Assembly (NCBI GenBank): GCA_976226885.1
Contig: OZ320319.1
Location: forward strand, 31,186,001 to 31,250,000
From: Iphione sp. A-MEVVRFRX5
Lineage: Eukaryota
Direction of reading: 5' to 3'
Length of the DNA: 64,000 nt
Of this stretch, positions 38,467 to 52,900 are shown one piece after another (position 1 is the first letter of the stretch; every line of letters starts with the position of its first letter). Below the pieces are notes generated by a model. It did not search any database and had not been told where the DNA came from. It saw nothing but the letters and a program-made list of their open reading frames with translations. Both the position numbers and the translations under genes were made by a program.

Positions 38467-41400
38467 AGAGGTGCCCACCCGAAGTAATGGTCCTAATTCA
38501 GTCCAAGCTCATTCAGGTGATTCACTTACGACGAGGAGTAATCAGACCGTTCTGTAAAAAAGGGAGGTTGCATCGTATACATCCGTTCGCCAATTAGGCG
38601 AATTTATCAATTTTCGAAAGAGCAGGCCTTTTACGTTTTTCAATCGCTGGTACCAAGAAGATTCTGCGTTGCTTCCCCCCTCCCCCTCCCCCCCCCCACA
38701 TTTTTTAAAGCAACTTTGTAGATTCCGGAATTTACATTGGTGATTCTCCTTTAATTTTCCATACAGGTCTGGACCAATTGTTTCTGACGATAAAAATGTC
38801 AAATGCCGGTTACATTGCCCGATGGAAATTAAAAACACGGGCAGAGTGCCAGAAAAATGGCATAAGACATTCTCCAGGAATCTGATAAGTGTTAAAAACA
38901 ATTGTCTGACAAGTGGCGGCCGTTGGTTTGATTTTGATGCATGAAACCGCACTGCTCGACCCGCCGATATTGACTAGCCCTGAATACGAAGCTCGTATTG
39001 ATAGCATAAGTCAGGAATAGACCATCAAAGTCCTGCCATGCACAATTGTGTGTGCCTAAGACGCGAGACTTCATAGAGTCACTACCAAAGAGGAGGGGTG
39101 CCGTGGGCTTGTTTGGTGGCCGCATACCGTGAGCTGCTCTTTGCAGGGGGACGATAAACTCGCTGACGACATGCCAATCATTGCTCAATATGCCGGCTGC
39201 AACGGACCAGAGCCACCTCAAGAAACAGGGGCTTAACTCGGAGTCTGTGATGTCATTCTTGTGCCAAATAACACTCTGCAACAGCATTAGTGAGATCATG
39301 AGGTCGAGTAATGCAGAGTTCGCTTTCCACCTGCCAGTACTCTGCGACTGAATAATCAGCAGCTGACTTTGATGTTGGCTAAAATTGAAAGTTTACCGTT
39401 ATTGCATGTATTTATGATACTCGTGTCTGAAGATGGCGATTTGGAATGAAGTCTGGAATGCAATTCATTTATAGCTTCTGATAGGGCTACCTACTCGGCG
39501 TTTGATATCTTTCAGACGAGAATCTTTTCAAAGGGCAAATTTTGCTAAGCCAACCCCTCCCCCTCGTGTGAGTTCTTTGCATGTATGTTTTGAGGTTTGA
39601 AATGTTATGCTATTCAAGCAACGTGCAGTAGTAAATCTAGACTGCTCACCCCACCGTGTTTACTCCTACGCTCCCTCCCCGAAGAACTTAAGAGTAGGAC
39701 AAACGAGTCTCTTTTATGGTCAACTCTGGCCAATTCCTTCATGAATCAGGGCTGTTGATCGAGACGGGTCCGCTTACGGTGACTCTTGACAGTGATCTTC
39801 GACGCATGAACCTAGGATGTGGCTCCCTTGCGGGAAAGATCTGGACAGTTCTGCTGAACGTCCGGACACTGGATACACAATCCTGTTGATCTGTGGGTGT
39901 CAAGTGGCCCTGGACCGCCGGTCGAATTTCGCCACACTTTTGTGATTTAGCGTATACATAAGGCCCTTGCATTTGCCCCGAAGAATAGATTATCTATTTT
40001 CCCAAATAGGTAGTCTAAAATAAGAACGCTTTGCAAATAACACCCACATGTATGTCTGGTCTCGATATTGCCGGGGTAACACAGCGCCCTGCGAGAATTT
40101 TAGAACAAAAAAGGGCTGGCAGGTAAACAAGTTGGGTTGAAGCTTTAACCAGGTTCTGACATTTACCTGCACATTTAATTCAGAGAGGCATTATTTAGAT
40201 AAAACTAGAACCGCCCATGCACTATTCTTTTTTGTGCGAAATATCATATCCTCCAAGTTTTCTGATAAATATTATGGTGATGGCTTGTTGGTATCACTGG
40301 GCATACAATTAATTTTATATATATCCATGAGGCATACATAGCATATCCTAGTTGGATTTTTCTTACGGCACTGTTCCTCTGCTAAATTTCTCACTACAGC
40401 GTGACTGAGTGCACAATCATATGAAGCTGCAAGTAAAGAGGGATTTTAACAGGAGTGAGCGTTCTGCATGTACGACCATAGAAGCTCGACCACCCAACAC
40501 GTGACTGTGGCGGAATATCCCTCAACACCAGCAGTTTCCTTTAATATTCTGTCATGTCTGGTTAGGCTCGCGACTGTTCGGGGAGTTATCAATGTGCCAA
40601 CACGAACCATAACGTCGCATTGCTTGACGCTGACCCGAGCAGGGGCAGCAGACCTAGACGTCATTCCATATATTTGTTAGACTTTGTTGGTTGATCCGAA
40701 GCACGTGCTGCTTTCGTTAGTCTCTGGGCTGAATTTGTGCGAAAAAAAGAAAGCGTTGTCAAGTGCTGACATTTAACACGACCCCCGCGAAAGGCACAAG
40801 AATACAAAGATGAATTGTCCCCAGAAATGATACAATTGACAGCCTTCGGCTTCCGGCCGTATTATTATATGTATCGCATGTGGTACGGGAACAAGGGAGA
40901 CTACAGCGAGAAGACAAACAGCGCCTCGCAACCCCCCCCCCCGTCTTCCAACCGCAGCGGCCACCCCAATAATCCAAGCCCCTTATAGGCATTCTCAGAC
41001 TACACGGTGGACAGATTATCTCTATCAGTGCCTGGCAAAAGGCCGGCCATCTACCAAAGTTCATGTCCTTGGCTCAGGGCCCCTTGTTCAATTCGGACTT
41101 TCCCCCTCTGCCTTAGATTGACTTGTGCAGGGTGGTCTGTCCCTATTGGAACTGTCGTCCCCCCCCCCCTTGTGAAGGTCAAGGGAATCACCGTCGAAAA
41201 GGAGCATTAGACCTCGGAGAAAGGCTAAATTTGTAACTTCATATCCTTTAACCTCCCCCCCCCTTAAGAACACATGCATAATCCCAAGTGTGTATATATA
41301 TAAAAATGTGGCAAATTCAATACACAGTCCGACGCCGTTGGAAGGTTAGGTTCGCCACCAATAGTAAGCAGATGATGCTGAATATTTTTCATAAACATGT

Positions 41401-42199
41401 ATTCCGAAACAGTCAAACAACGCCTCCCCAGGTACAGCACTTCATGTTAACCCGATTGGCCAACATGCTATTGGATTGATCATAGCAAGAGGCTTTGTTC
41501 GAGCAGGACCTTTCTGGCCATATCTGGTATTGTTACACCAGATCAGATTAGTCCAATGTGTGGCCTTTCCCCAATGTGGCAGTCATACGTCACTGACGGG
41601 GCAGCAAGCAAAAAAGCTTAACGCTCGTAACCAGCACTGGCAAGTGGCCCTTTTAAGATCGGCTGATTGCGTCAAGACTACCCTTGTGTTTGTACGAACG
41701 ACGCTATCAATCCTCTTTTGAAATGAACAGCATACCACACACACATATTCTCCATCTTCAACCAGCAGAAATGGTTTGTAATTATGCTATTTATTCCTTT
41801 ATACAAAACGCGTCTGTCTGGAGTGGAGAGAAGTCGGTCACTTAGCGGCATGTCTTTCCTTCAAAATATGCAAATTCTAAATCAAATCACGCACAAAAGC
41901 GATATGTATTGACACACATATACATATAACCGTTGGCCTTCTATACATCAAAGGACGGAGTGGAAGCGTGCAATGGCAAAAAAGAACACCTGAGAAGTGT
42001 GTCCAGTTTGTCGACCTGGTTTGATAGAAAACACATGCAGCGTGTAGCTCAGTCTAGGCTTGTTGTTCTATGTAATGTTAACCATGATGAACGACCTGGA
42101 GCAGCTTGCCACCAGCTTGGTCCTGAACAGCAGTCAGCTTGTTACAGACATCAAAAGGTCGACAGGTGAGGCTAGACCTGAGCCAGCTGCAGAAAGCTT

Positions 42200-42352
42200 A
42201 CTGTCCCTCTCTCCCTTCCTTTCTCTGTCTCTCTCTCACTTTCTCTCTGTCTTTTTCTCTGTCTCTCTCCTCGTATTTTTGTCTCTCACTCTCTCTAGCT
42301 CTCTTTCTTTCTCTGGCTCTCTCTCTCATATCGTCTCTCTTTCTCATACGTT
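42200..42352. repeat. Degenerate (CT)n low-complexity tract
   Basis: About 150 bp of almost pure pyrimidine repeats. Confidence 0.85.
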
Positions 42353-45300
42353 TTTCTAGGTATGTATCATAAACAATAATATACGTTTATGTGTCCTGCC
42401 AAACATTATGCAGTTTTTTGGTAAACAGATGCACTCCTATCAGCGTAGGAATATCAGTTGAAATGCTGAAAATGTGAGTGGCTTGAGGGTCTAACTGGAT
42501 ACTTTGAACTTTCGCGAGAAGATGTTCTTCTACATTTTACCCGACTTGCATTTCAACCCCTTCCCTATATCTTCCTACCCAGTTATGACCTTGTTCTGTT
42601 CAGATGGCAACGTTCGACCTAAGCCGATGTGTACGAAAGGTGAACTTCTCATTTACAACTGAGTCCATGTCGCTTTATCATGGTTTGATGCTCATGTGAT
42701 TTTGGTTCCTAGAATGATAAAGCTAGGGTCTGATTATGTGTTATAACATCTATCCGGGTGCAGCTGTATAACAGCCCCCTCTGCTTGGCATTTGGAAGTA
42801 CGTTTTATCGACAGGGAATGCTATATTTCATAACTCACTCGACATGACAAAAAGGAGTTAGTGTGATGTATGCGACCCTGCAGCAAGTACATACACAGTT
42901 CTATGAATGGTGTGTATGATTTGGCCCACGACTGTAATATTCAAAAGGCGGATATCTCCTATTTGAAGTCTAGTGAGTGTTCAGGTGGAGCACATGAATT
43001 ATTAGTGTTTGTATAGTCTGGCTTACTACGCACTTGAGTGTATCCTTGAGTTGGGGAGCGCTGTCTTTGGATAATCCCGGACATTCGGGATAAGACGTGA
43101 TGATGTACAGTCCATTAAGCAGAGCGCGGTACTTGGAGCTCGTCCGGCAAGGCAGTTGTGCACACTTGTTCACACCAACAAACATTACGTGTATGACGAG
43201 ATACCTTTCCAGTCCTGGTATCGGCCACTTTACTTGAAAAACAGATATGTCTGACAGGCTACCTTAAAACATGACCATGAGATATGTGAAAACCCCGAGC
43301 AAATGGGTTGTAAACATAGCATTCTATTTCTAGGAAGTTAATGGATCGTAGGAGATTAATAACAAGATTATGCCTTTTAATGTGATTAGCTCTCCGGAGT
43401 CAATGTACATACATGTAGAATCAAGTTCCATTGGCAGACGCTATTACATGAATGTGTAGTTTAGAGTTTCAATACATATTTTCCTTCAAATGTTCCGAAA
43501 CAAAAACACATAATATTCTCCTCATACTGATATAGCTAGTTTCCGATCTGCCCTACTATTCCGTATGATAACATATAAACCATAAGCTGGCCCACCTCAA
43601 CCCCATAAAACCCAAGTGGCCATCGTGGAGAGAAGGGTCAATTTCCATATTTCCCGTCCACAGCTCTTGTGGCATGGATTAGTTTTCATCACAGGCTGGA
43701 TATCCTGTCTGGGTTCCCAAGGTGACGTGCACTAAGAATGTGGATCTCGGGTGATTTACTGAGATTCCATACTGTCAATGGTAGTTTCCACGGCTGTCCC
43801 TCCTGGCGCACCTCTTGCATTCCGGATCTATATTCCATTCTGTTGTCAGAAAGGTGAAACACGTAGTTATTGGCAGGGGAATAGTAATAGAATGGGGACA
43901 GTGGGATAACCATACCATACAGACTGATAAAAATAAGTCAGGTTTTCATAAAGTTATTTTCTAGGGACGTGAGGAATTACCCTCCACCACATACTGATTA
44001 TTACCGGCAGTCAACACCTGCATTGTATGTACATGTGCACACGATATAGGCAGTTCGATGAGTTCGTCGCAATTTTCTAATCTGTCTGTCTTGGCTCTGA
44101 TCTAGGCCGTTAATGGGGATGTTGCCGTTGCCCATGTTTTCTCTAGCAACACTTCACACCAGGACAAACATCGGTGTGGGTTCTAGTATCACGATACACA
44201 CACTGCCTATAGGAGATAGCTACATCTGTCTACTACAAAAGATAAAGATATCACAGCCGCTGCTTCTTGTACCGCATGCATCGCCACCAGTCAGTCGGCG
44301 GGATTTTGAGCGTAAAATCGACATTCCCTCTGCCGTCTGGATTTGATCTTTTTAGAATTACGGATATATAGAATGGAGTAATTTCCGTTCACTGAGTTGT
44401 TGAGATTCATGTCGTTTCTTAAGTCTATGCATATAGGGATCTTTAGTCATCTATACTATAAGCCTCATTTTTTTCTCCTTTATCGTTCGACCATCGAACA
44501 AACTTAACGAACATCGTGTTCTAGAATTATCTGGATCCACGTGGAGGTGATTATTTTACTATAAACGGAACCAACAATAAATAAGCAACTATACTGCGCC
44601 TTCTTCAAAGACAACGATATGACGGAACTGGCGTGGTTGGCAGTGTTACAAAGCACAAAAACACAAAGAACCCTGGAGCATTAGGCAAAACACTGCGGAA
44701 AATAAAAGTGATCCCGGATTTGCTCGTATCCGTGCGCGCTGACCCCGTTGGGAGCAGCTCGATGGAGATTGCTTTCATCCCCGACCTCAGGCTTCCTATC
44801 TGTCCCGCACCAGCAGACAAAACTACAGTTGGGCCTTTCTATGCAATCGGCAGCACCCATCGGCAATAAACATGGCTGGTACAGAGCCACTGGTAGGACA
44901 GCTGCCAAAGCTACCGTACATCATGGTAAAGATGAGGCATTTCTCTGATGGATTCGATGTCCAATTCCATGAAAGTTAAAGTATGGTTTTCTATACGAAG
45001 AATGGTACTCGAGTGTCTTTACTGTGTTCAATATTCTGCATCAGATACCTATCATCAGTTATGCTTTTAACACGTTTTTTTAAAGGAATGATCTCATCCA
45101 CAAGAGTCAAAGGCGATCTAATGAACGGTTTTTTAACCACTAATTATTCAAGACAATGCCGATTTAGAAAGAACGAACCATCCCCCCCCTCTTCTTTTCA
45201 AGCAGTGCCTATTGGTTTACCATCATGTCAAACCCACTTCAAAGCCTTGCCTCACAAGCAGGAGCGGCGTGTGAGAAGCAAAACCTGTATCACAGAAAGG

Positions 45301-46649
45301 AATGATCGAACTTATAATGAGTACAATGGCGGTGAAGGGTTCTGCCCGTCTGTCTGGGGGCCATCAGCAGATGACCGGATATGATCCGTTGGAAGTAGGA
45401 TGAACTGTCGGAGAACTGACAAAGGTGCCAGACAGTCTACAGCGAAAGGGCTTCCCGCGTTCCGCCTTCGGTCTGCACTGGCTTCCCTGGCGAGACTTTT
45501 CCATGCGATGGCTTAGGGTATTGTACAAGATATGCGCTGCTGGAGAGCGCAAAGCTGCTGTTAGCTGCTGGAGTTAGAGTCATTGACTCTCACACGCCTG
45601 ATTACTTTGCACATCGAGCTGTTAGTCATAGGCAGGCATAAATAAAGTTATTCGAAGGGGGTTGGCTTCTTTCTTCACGGATTGGTATCTGATGGATAGA
45701 AACACACAGGTCACTGAAAGTTGCACAAAAACATTTCTCCGTAGTTTCCCCCTATGGGCATGGCAATATCAACAAATTCATATCATATGCGATTGCATTT
45801 TCTCATTTCCTACGGCTTCAAAACAAGTCAAATTTGACATGACTTTATCTTTGCGAAAATCAAGGCAATCCGTCGTAATGACCCATTACACTCACTGCCC
45901 TAACGCGCATCTAGTCTTCTGTGCCTTTAACACAGGGGGGTATATGATCAAATGTCAGTCTCTCCAGACCGCCGCCAACATTTGTTTTCCCCCGCTGGGC
46001 GGCGCAGCGATCGCCTCCTCTACCTGGCGCCAGGAAGCAGGCCTGGCTACCATGTGATGTGAAGGCAGTGACAGGGTCTTTTGCTTGGAAAAAGACTACC
46101 CAAAGGGAAAAGAGAAAGGAGTCGCAGTATGCACGTAGGTTTTAAAAGGAGTGCGAGCCCGGCCTCCTGCGTTCTGTTATTAACGGAGGACCTAAGGATG
46201 AATGAGGGAAACGTAAGAAGGAAGCTGTGCAAAATCTAAATGCACTGCTAATAGACCATTTAAATTTTAATGTCTTTGAATTTCTCTATACAGTAGGTTA
46301 TTTTGAGTGCCTGATGAAAGATGGCACATTAGATTTTAAAGTTCCTCTCATGTTCGATGCCGTTCTTTCTAACGTTTCGCCTATCCTCCTTAAGACATTT
46401 GATGGCACACCGTTTCAGGAACGAGGCTAAAATGTCGACATGGATTAGTTTAGAGGAAATTAAGATTTAAGGGCAGAAAACCATGTATTTTGTCGTAATC
46501 ACATTCACATATACAGTCAGTACGCTGGATCTGCTAAATTATATGAACTTAAATGCAGATGATATGAGATTTTAAGGTATTTTAAGGTATTCATGCATGG
46601 CGGTTGGTTGCATATAAAAGGTGACTGGGAGGGAAGGGTTAATGATCTA

Positions 46650-46722
46650 GGTGGGTGACTCAGTGGGTGAGCGGTCTGAAATGCGGGTGTTTCCGGCGAA
46701 TTGCGGGTGACCTGAGAGCTCT
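46650..46722. mobile_element. Possible isolated end of a hAT-like DNA transposon
   Basis: The reverse complement reads AGAGCTCTCAGGTCACCCGCAATT...CACCCGCATT, with a repeated subterminal GCGGGTG. It resembles transposon ends I recall from memory; no partner end was found. Confidence 0.3.
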
Positions 46723-49700
46723 TATACTCATTTGTCGGAGCTGGTCATTGTTGTATGATGTCCTGGGAGTTCGGAAACCTGTATGGGAAATTAACCCTAG
46801 TCATAAAGTGTGGTCTGTGAATTTCTTTTCTGTGGAAATTGAAGCATATCCGTGGAATATGTGCAGTTTTGTGAAAATTGAAGTATAATATCAGTGCAAA
46901 TTATATGATGTTTATGAAAATGATGTAAATTAGGATTTATTATACTTTATCTAACATATTTTAAGCACTGTCCCTTCCAACTATCCCTGGTTTAGACCCT
47001 CATTTATCTAGCCCACCGATTGGGCTTTTCTCCCTGGGTTCTGGGATATGGATAAATTTACCGACAAAGTTCATTTTTGAGCAACAGACTCCAGAGTCGA
47101 GATCCAGAACCCGTACACATGGTATACCTCCACTTGTTCTGTATAATATTGTCTTTTCACATACACAGGTGTATGGGGTCCAGATTTGAAACCCAGACAC
47201 ATGGAAGCTAGCAAATGAAGCCAATACCCCTATTCATACCGATTTACGTCATCTTTAATATTTGTCGTCCAGTGACACTCCATCTCTATGTTGAAATAGG
47301 TATGTACCATGTAAGTGTGTTTTTAGTGCAGTCACGGCTCATGCTCTGACGATAAATGGAGTGAGCTGCACGTTTGATATTTTAGCATTGTCCGGACGCT
47401 TCAGGTCATGTCAAGATACATGTGACGTTCCTGAGCAATACTACTTATGTCAACATTCAGAAACATGAAGGTTTATCAGCCTATAGATAGTATTTTAATG
47501 TAAATGAAAATAGCCGTTAGTCCCGTAAATAAGCAACAGTGACAGCGGTGACCGATAGATACAGAGAGCCAGGAGGCAAATGTCAGTTGTCCAGATGCAA
47601 TGCTCGTCACCTTAGAAGTATTTGTTTTCTGAGCGAATGTCCCCAGGCCTCTATCTGGCAGGAGTATGGGTCATATGGCTGGTCAACGCAAGCCTGTCAC
47701 TTCTTGGGTCAAAGTGTGCTCGTTTCCTCAAAATGGGGGCGCCCGTTCCCACTGCGACGCTGTCTGTCGACCATTCCATATTTTTGTCGTTCAAAGGCGT
47801 GGAATTTCTGGCACCGAATGGGCGATAATGCACCATTGGTAATCTCAGCGTGAAGAAGCAAGCCTATTTCCCGTTTCTTTGTGTGTCCGAGCTTCCTGCC
47901 TCACTTAGAAAAAAGTCCAATTTCACCAGTGCCACACAGAAATCCTTGATTTTCTAGCATATTCATTTGGATATGGATTTATACTCTAGAAGGAACTTAA
48001 AGGTATCCGACCTAGCGCGTTGAAATCACTCAAATGTACTTCACGTAAGGCTTTAAGGTGATGATATATTGGAAAAGAAGATGCGGACAGCTTTTGGATG
48101 TTTATTTGACGACGTGTATTCCTCTCTACCGGAACTATGCCATGAAATTCTCACTCATACCAAGAGAAGATTGGTGCTAAAATGATCTAAATGACCAACT
48201 AATCCGAGTCTTGGATGAAAGCATTTAAATATTCAGAGCAGGAATTAAGTAGTTTTTTTGAGTTCGTAGTAAGAAGCCTGGTTGCTTTGGTAACTAGATA
48301 AACGAACTCGTTGAATTTTGCGTCTATACCGCACCAGAGCCTTCGTTTTGGTCCTGTTGCAACGAGATTAGAATTCCTTGTTGGGTGTTTTCTTTAGACC
48401 CATTAGAAAACAAAATGTCTTCCTAGAATTTGCGTGTCAACATTCCAGAAACATGTTCAATCATAAACAGACCCGCGTTTTTTGTTTGGGGCCTTCTTCG
48501 TTACATTTATACAACTCCAGTGTTCCCATAATTAAAACGGTAACTTTGTTTTTTCCCTTTTCTAAGGTGGCTCTGCCAAAGCTGATAACAATTACTGTCA
48601 TCCCTGGATATTATTTTGGATATTATATATAATTATATCTTCGCAAAGCTTATTCCATCAGACGGCTGCGGGAAGATAGATTGATAAAATTGCTCCTGAC
48701 CTGGAAATCAAAGAATTATCACGGATAATGATGGAACAGTGTCTCCAGAAATAAGTTTGCTTGATACACGTGTATAGTCCGTCTCTTGTGAACAAGACAA
48801 GCTCCGTTTGATTGAGATAGTGAACCTTCATTGCAGGGTATTCATTCATGTATACCTGCCACTTTTATGCAACATGGACAATTATTAAAATTACGTTCTG
48901 GCAATCTTACGAACTCCAAAAGTCATGGTACTGCCATACTGTCATCTGTGGCAAATAACCCTGCTGGGGAACAACCAGAGTATTCTTTAGGTTATGGCGT
49001 TTACTAGGTGCACACTGTATAAAGGGGAATGAGGACGCTAAAGAATTCGTCATAATGGTTCAAGTACACGTGCAAACGATCAGCTCATTAATGTATCTGA
49101 GGACTGATATTTGCATGCAGTTGAAAGTGCTATACTTAGCCATTATTTCCAGGGTGTACTCGTTTCTAGTCAACTTGTAAATAGACAAACATGAATCTGG
49201 TCTAGATACAGCACTGTTCGGCCATCCTTGTCTGTAATAATTTCTGGTAACATTTATGTGTACATGTATTTATCGGGTGCTATCATCAACCCTGCCACCA
49301 ATCCAAGCGTCGTCGAGAAGTAAATACATTGAGCTTAACACGAATGAAAGATTGGATCCCCAGTGAAGGGAATCTGATGCAAATAAATCCTATCTTGGTG
49401 CTACTTCATACTGCACGAAACGTAGGAAATCCTGATTGGCAGTGGTTGGCCAAAGGTGAGAATTATTATCGAGAGTGTGACTTCCTACGCTGCTACAAGG
49501 AGATCGGATTAAACTCCCCGGCATTCTTAACCAGTCCCTCGATAACCTCGCACACGCCACCAAAGGCTCTACTTCCCGACGCCCACATCGCTGATTAAGG
49601 CTTGTGAAGGGGACACCTGATACCCAGAAGACATAGGGAAAAATCGAGTGAATACGGGTTTATGGTACCCGTACTTGTGCAGGCCTAAATCCTTGGACGA

Positions 49701-51799
49701 AAACACAGAGCTGAAGAAATTCTTGCGAGAATAGCAAAATGGTACGCGTAACTTTTCCAACGAATCGAACGCTGGCATCACTCAGCTATCTTGCATTAAT
49801 GCAAACAACTGAAATAATTTGGATTTCCTTTACAACAATCCTTCAGGTACGTTAAGCATGGAGTATGTAGTGGATACTCACTTACACCTCACGCTGCGCT
49901 CACGATGAGTTGCTCTTTTATTGCCGACCAGATAATATGGCCGTCATGACATGATCAGGCCGGAAGACGTGTATGTCATTGTGGAAATGGAGAAATGGTG
50001 TTCGACCGGGAACCCGTTACAGCGGCCTTGACAACTCAATCATCGGCCCATTGGTCGACGTAGCTGGGCCAACACTGAACACATACATTCTGACCGCTTG
50101 CCAGGTCGCGCTGGCATGATGGAGACAGTTCTCGTGTTGCACTGAAACGGCGGCCACGGCGCCGATGTCTTCCTCGACGTCTCTGGGCAAAAAGGCAGGA
50201 CAACTTTAGGATTTAGAACTCGGCGCCGCTGCAGAATACAGATTAGCCAGTGATAGCAAATAAACAGTATGGTTCTTGTCCCCTCCTCTCCGTCCACATA
50301 CAGACCCTTCCCGTAGATGAATTCGGACTTTGTCCTTAGGCTTTCACAGGCTATTGTACGAAATAATGTTTTTACCTTTTGCCGAATACTTTCGTATCAT
50401 TATAGTTCGTGTGGTAATAAACCTGGAAGATTTTTAAAAGATATCTCAATGTAATATACGTGCTTCATATACCGCGTTTTCTGATTTGAAATACTGATTA
50501 TGCTGTTCCTACACAGATTATGTGGATGTAGAAAGAGACTGGTAGGATATATTCCATCCTTCATCGAGGAGAGTGTTCAGAGTACCGAAAGGGAAAGCCA
50601 GCAGATTGGAGTTAACGAAGGGTAAAGATGTGACACATTAGCTCTCCAACGCCAGCAGTGAAATCTTGGCACAGGAGCATATCTAATAACTCGATTCGTT
50701 AGACATCGATTTCTTCCAACAGTGCAATAGAAGGCGACCTTTCACATGCGGAAGCTGCAGTTCTAGAGCCTCCTCCTCTTTGTACAGTTCAGTCATATGA
50801 GATGCCTCTATTTTATATGAGGTTGCTAGATGTGATTTAGATGTATGAGTTCTTACAGTGTGACTTAAGCCGATGATGTTCTCCACTTTTTACCCTCCTC
50901 TATCTAGTCTTTTACATGTAAATATTGTGCAGTACGAATATACTTGTGACAACATCCGTATTACAGATATACCGAATCATTCTCGACATTGAATTGAATT
51001 GAATCTACACGTTTCATTTATGCATGTGTCTGTGCCTAGTTTAAGGACGGGATATATTACGTCATGACATGTACAATGTATATAATGTTTCCACAAGTAT
51101 ACGCTGTGTACAAGCTGAAAGTTATTCGTCAGCCAATGTGTACTTCCATGTCTTAATTTCATTTTATGGAACTCTCTGGTAAATATACCATGCATATTGA
51201 AAATGTGCACCCATTGACGCATACATTTACTCACTTTGGCACTCACTTGCTCACTCTATCGGACGGCATAAGGAGGCGAGGGAGGGAACGAAAGGAAGGT
51301 CCGTAGGAAGGGAGGGAGTACTAACGTGCTAAGCGAAAAGGGGGGATGTACAAAAAACAGAGGCAGATAGAGTCAGAGAGTTCCAAAGTCGCAAAGCAAG
51401 CTGCGAATCTTGGGTGGAAATAAAAAAAAAAATCTGCTTCGTACAGTGCTCTTTGCAGATCACGTAAGTTCACAGTAACTTTGCAGAATGCAAATATTTG
51501 TGTACATATGTATGTAATTTTTGCGGGGACGGCAAATGTTAGAGACGTTACATAATCAAATAGAAGCTAGATGTACCTAGGTTTGTCATGTGTCAGTGCA
51601 TTTGAGTAAGTCTATATATTTGTATGTGATGAATCTATGTTGCAGATTTATGTGATAGTGTACATGAATGGTTACCACGATTTTGGAAGCTATTTGATAT
51701 CTGATGTGTTCTCATTTCCGTAATTCATGATTTGATGAAACAGTTTTACATCTGACCAATCCGCATTTTATGGATTGAGGATACCTTCATGAACATCCT

Positions 51800-51872
51800 G
51801 TCTCTCTTTCTCTCTCTGTCTCTGTCTCTTTCTGTCTTTGTCTGCCTGTCTGTCTCTTTCTCTCGCTTTTCA
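51800..51872. repeat. TC/TGTC compound microsatellite
   Basis: ctctctttctctctctgtctctgtctctttctgtctttgtctgcctgtctgtctc. Confidence 0.8.
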
Positions 51873-52482
51873 GCTTTCCTCTTTCTAAGGTCATTTCCAT
51901 ACGTCATTCTCATTGGGTACAGTGTGTAGATCAATAACCGAAGTTTCAATTTTTTTCTGGTCTACTTGTACACAAACATGTGAACACTTATGCAGCAGGA
52001 GACGAATACAATCATCCGTCTATTGGGATATAAAAAAACAGCTGATTATTTCATTTTTTTTCAGTAGTGTCCACGTGTAGGGCTATTAATGAAATGAATG
52101 TAACAGCTCACTCTGCGACTTAATCATGTCTATAGATCATGAATAGAATCATGTGACAGAAGTTTAAAGAGTTGTACAGTCTCTTCAAGTCAGAATCATA
52201 ATTATGTTAATTGTGGTTTACAGTGCTCCTCGATATAACAAGTTCTTTTACTGAGATGGAAACATATATCCACCTTTCGAATTTTGTCGTCCAGAGTGAC
52301 GGATTATTATACAAATTATGAACAATCCGAAATTTCCATATCCGCGTGTTCCTCATCTGTGTTTGCTGTGAAAACAAGAATTCCGTGTCTCTTTGAGACA
52401 TATCAAACAATTACGGATCGTGAATTGCTTCAAAACTGCTGCAGACATGAAACCCTCATACGTGAGACATTCCATATTCAAA

Positions 52483-52900
52483 TTCAGGTTCAGATGATAT
52501 TTATTCATTTCTCCTAGTAGTGTTACAGGGAAATCTGCCAGTGAATACAAACTAGTGGTAGACTAGCAAAGTTTCACACAATGACTTCATGGTATAAGTA
52601 GAAATGTTGACATGAAATGATGTGAGTGATACATGCAGCTATGATACAGTGTTACCCCTTGTTGTTTTAGCCTGGCATTTGTCTTTTTAGGACCAAGAAA
52701 TGTTTTCCAAGTCAGTAGTAAATTGTTCCATAAATTGATCCCGGCATACCAAAAATGTGTTGAATATAATGATGCTCTGGGCTTTTACTAAAGGACCACA
52801 ATAACATGACTGGGTCCAGGTGGCCCATTTCCCTTTAACTTTGGGCCAGAAGTCCAGCAAACGAATTCTACAAGATTGATGAAGTGATATATGCTTTATT
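52483..52900 (-). mobile_element. Possible LINE/SINE 3' end on the minus strand
   Basis: The minus strand reads GAATAAATATCATCTGAACCTGAATTTGAAT, a polyA signal followed by a TGAA-type tail. Extent is uncertain. Confidence 0.3.
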
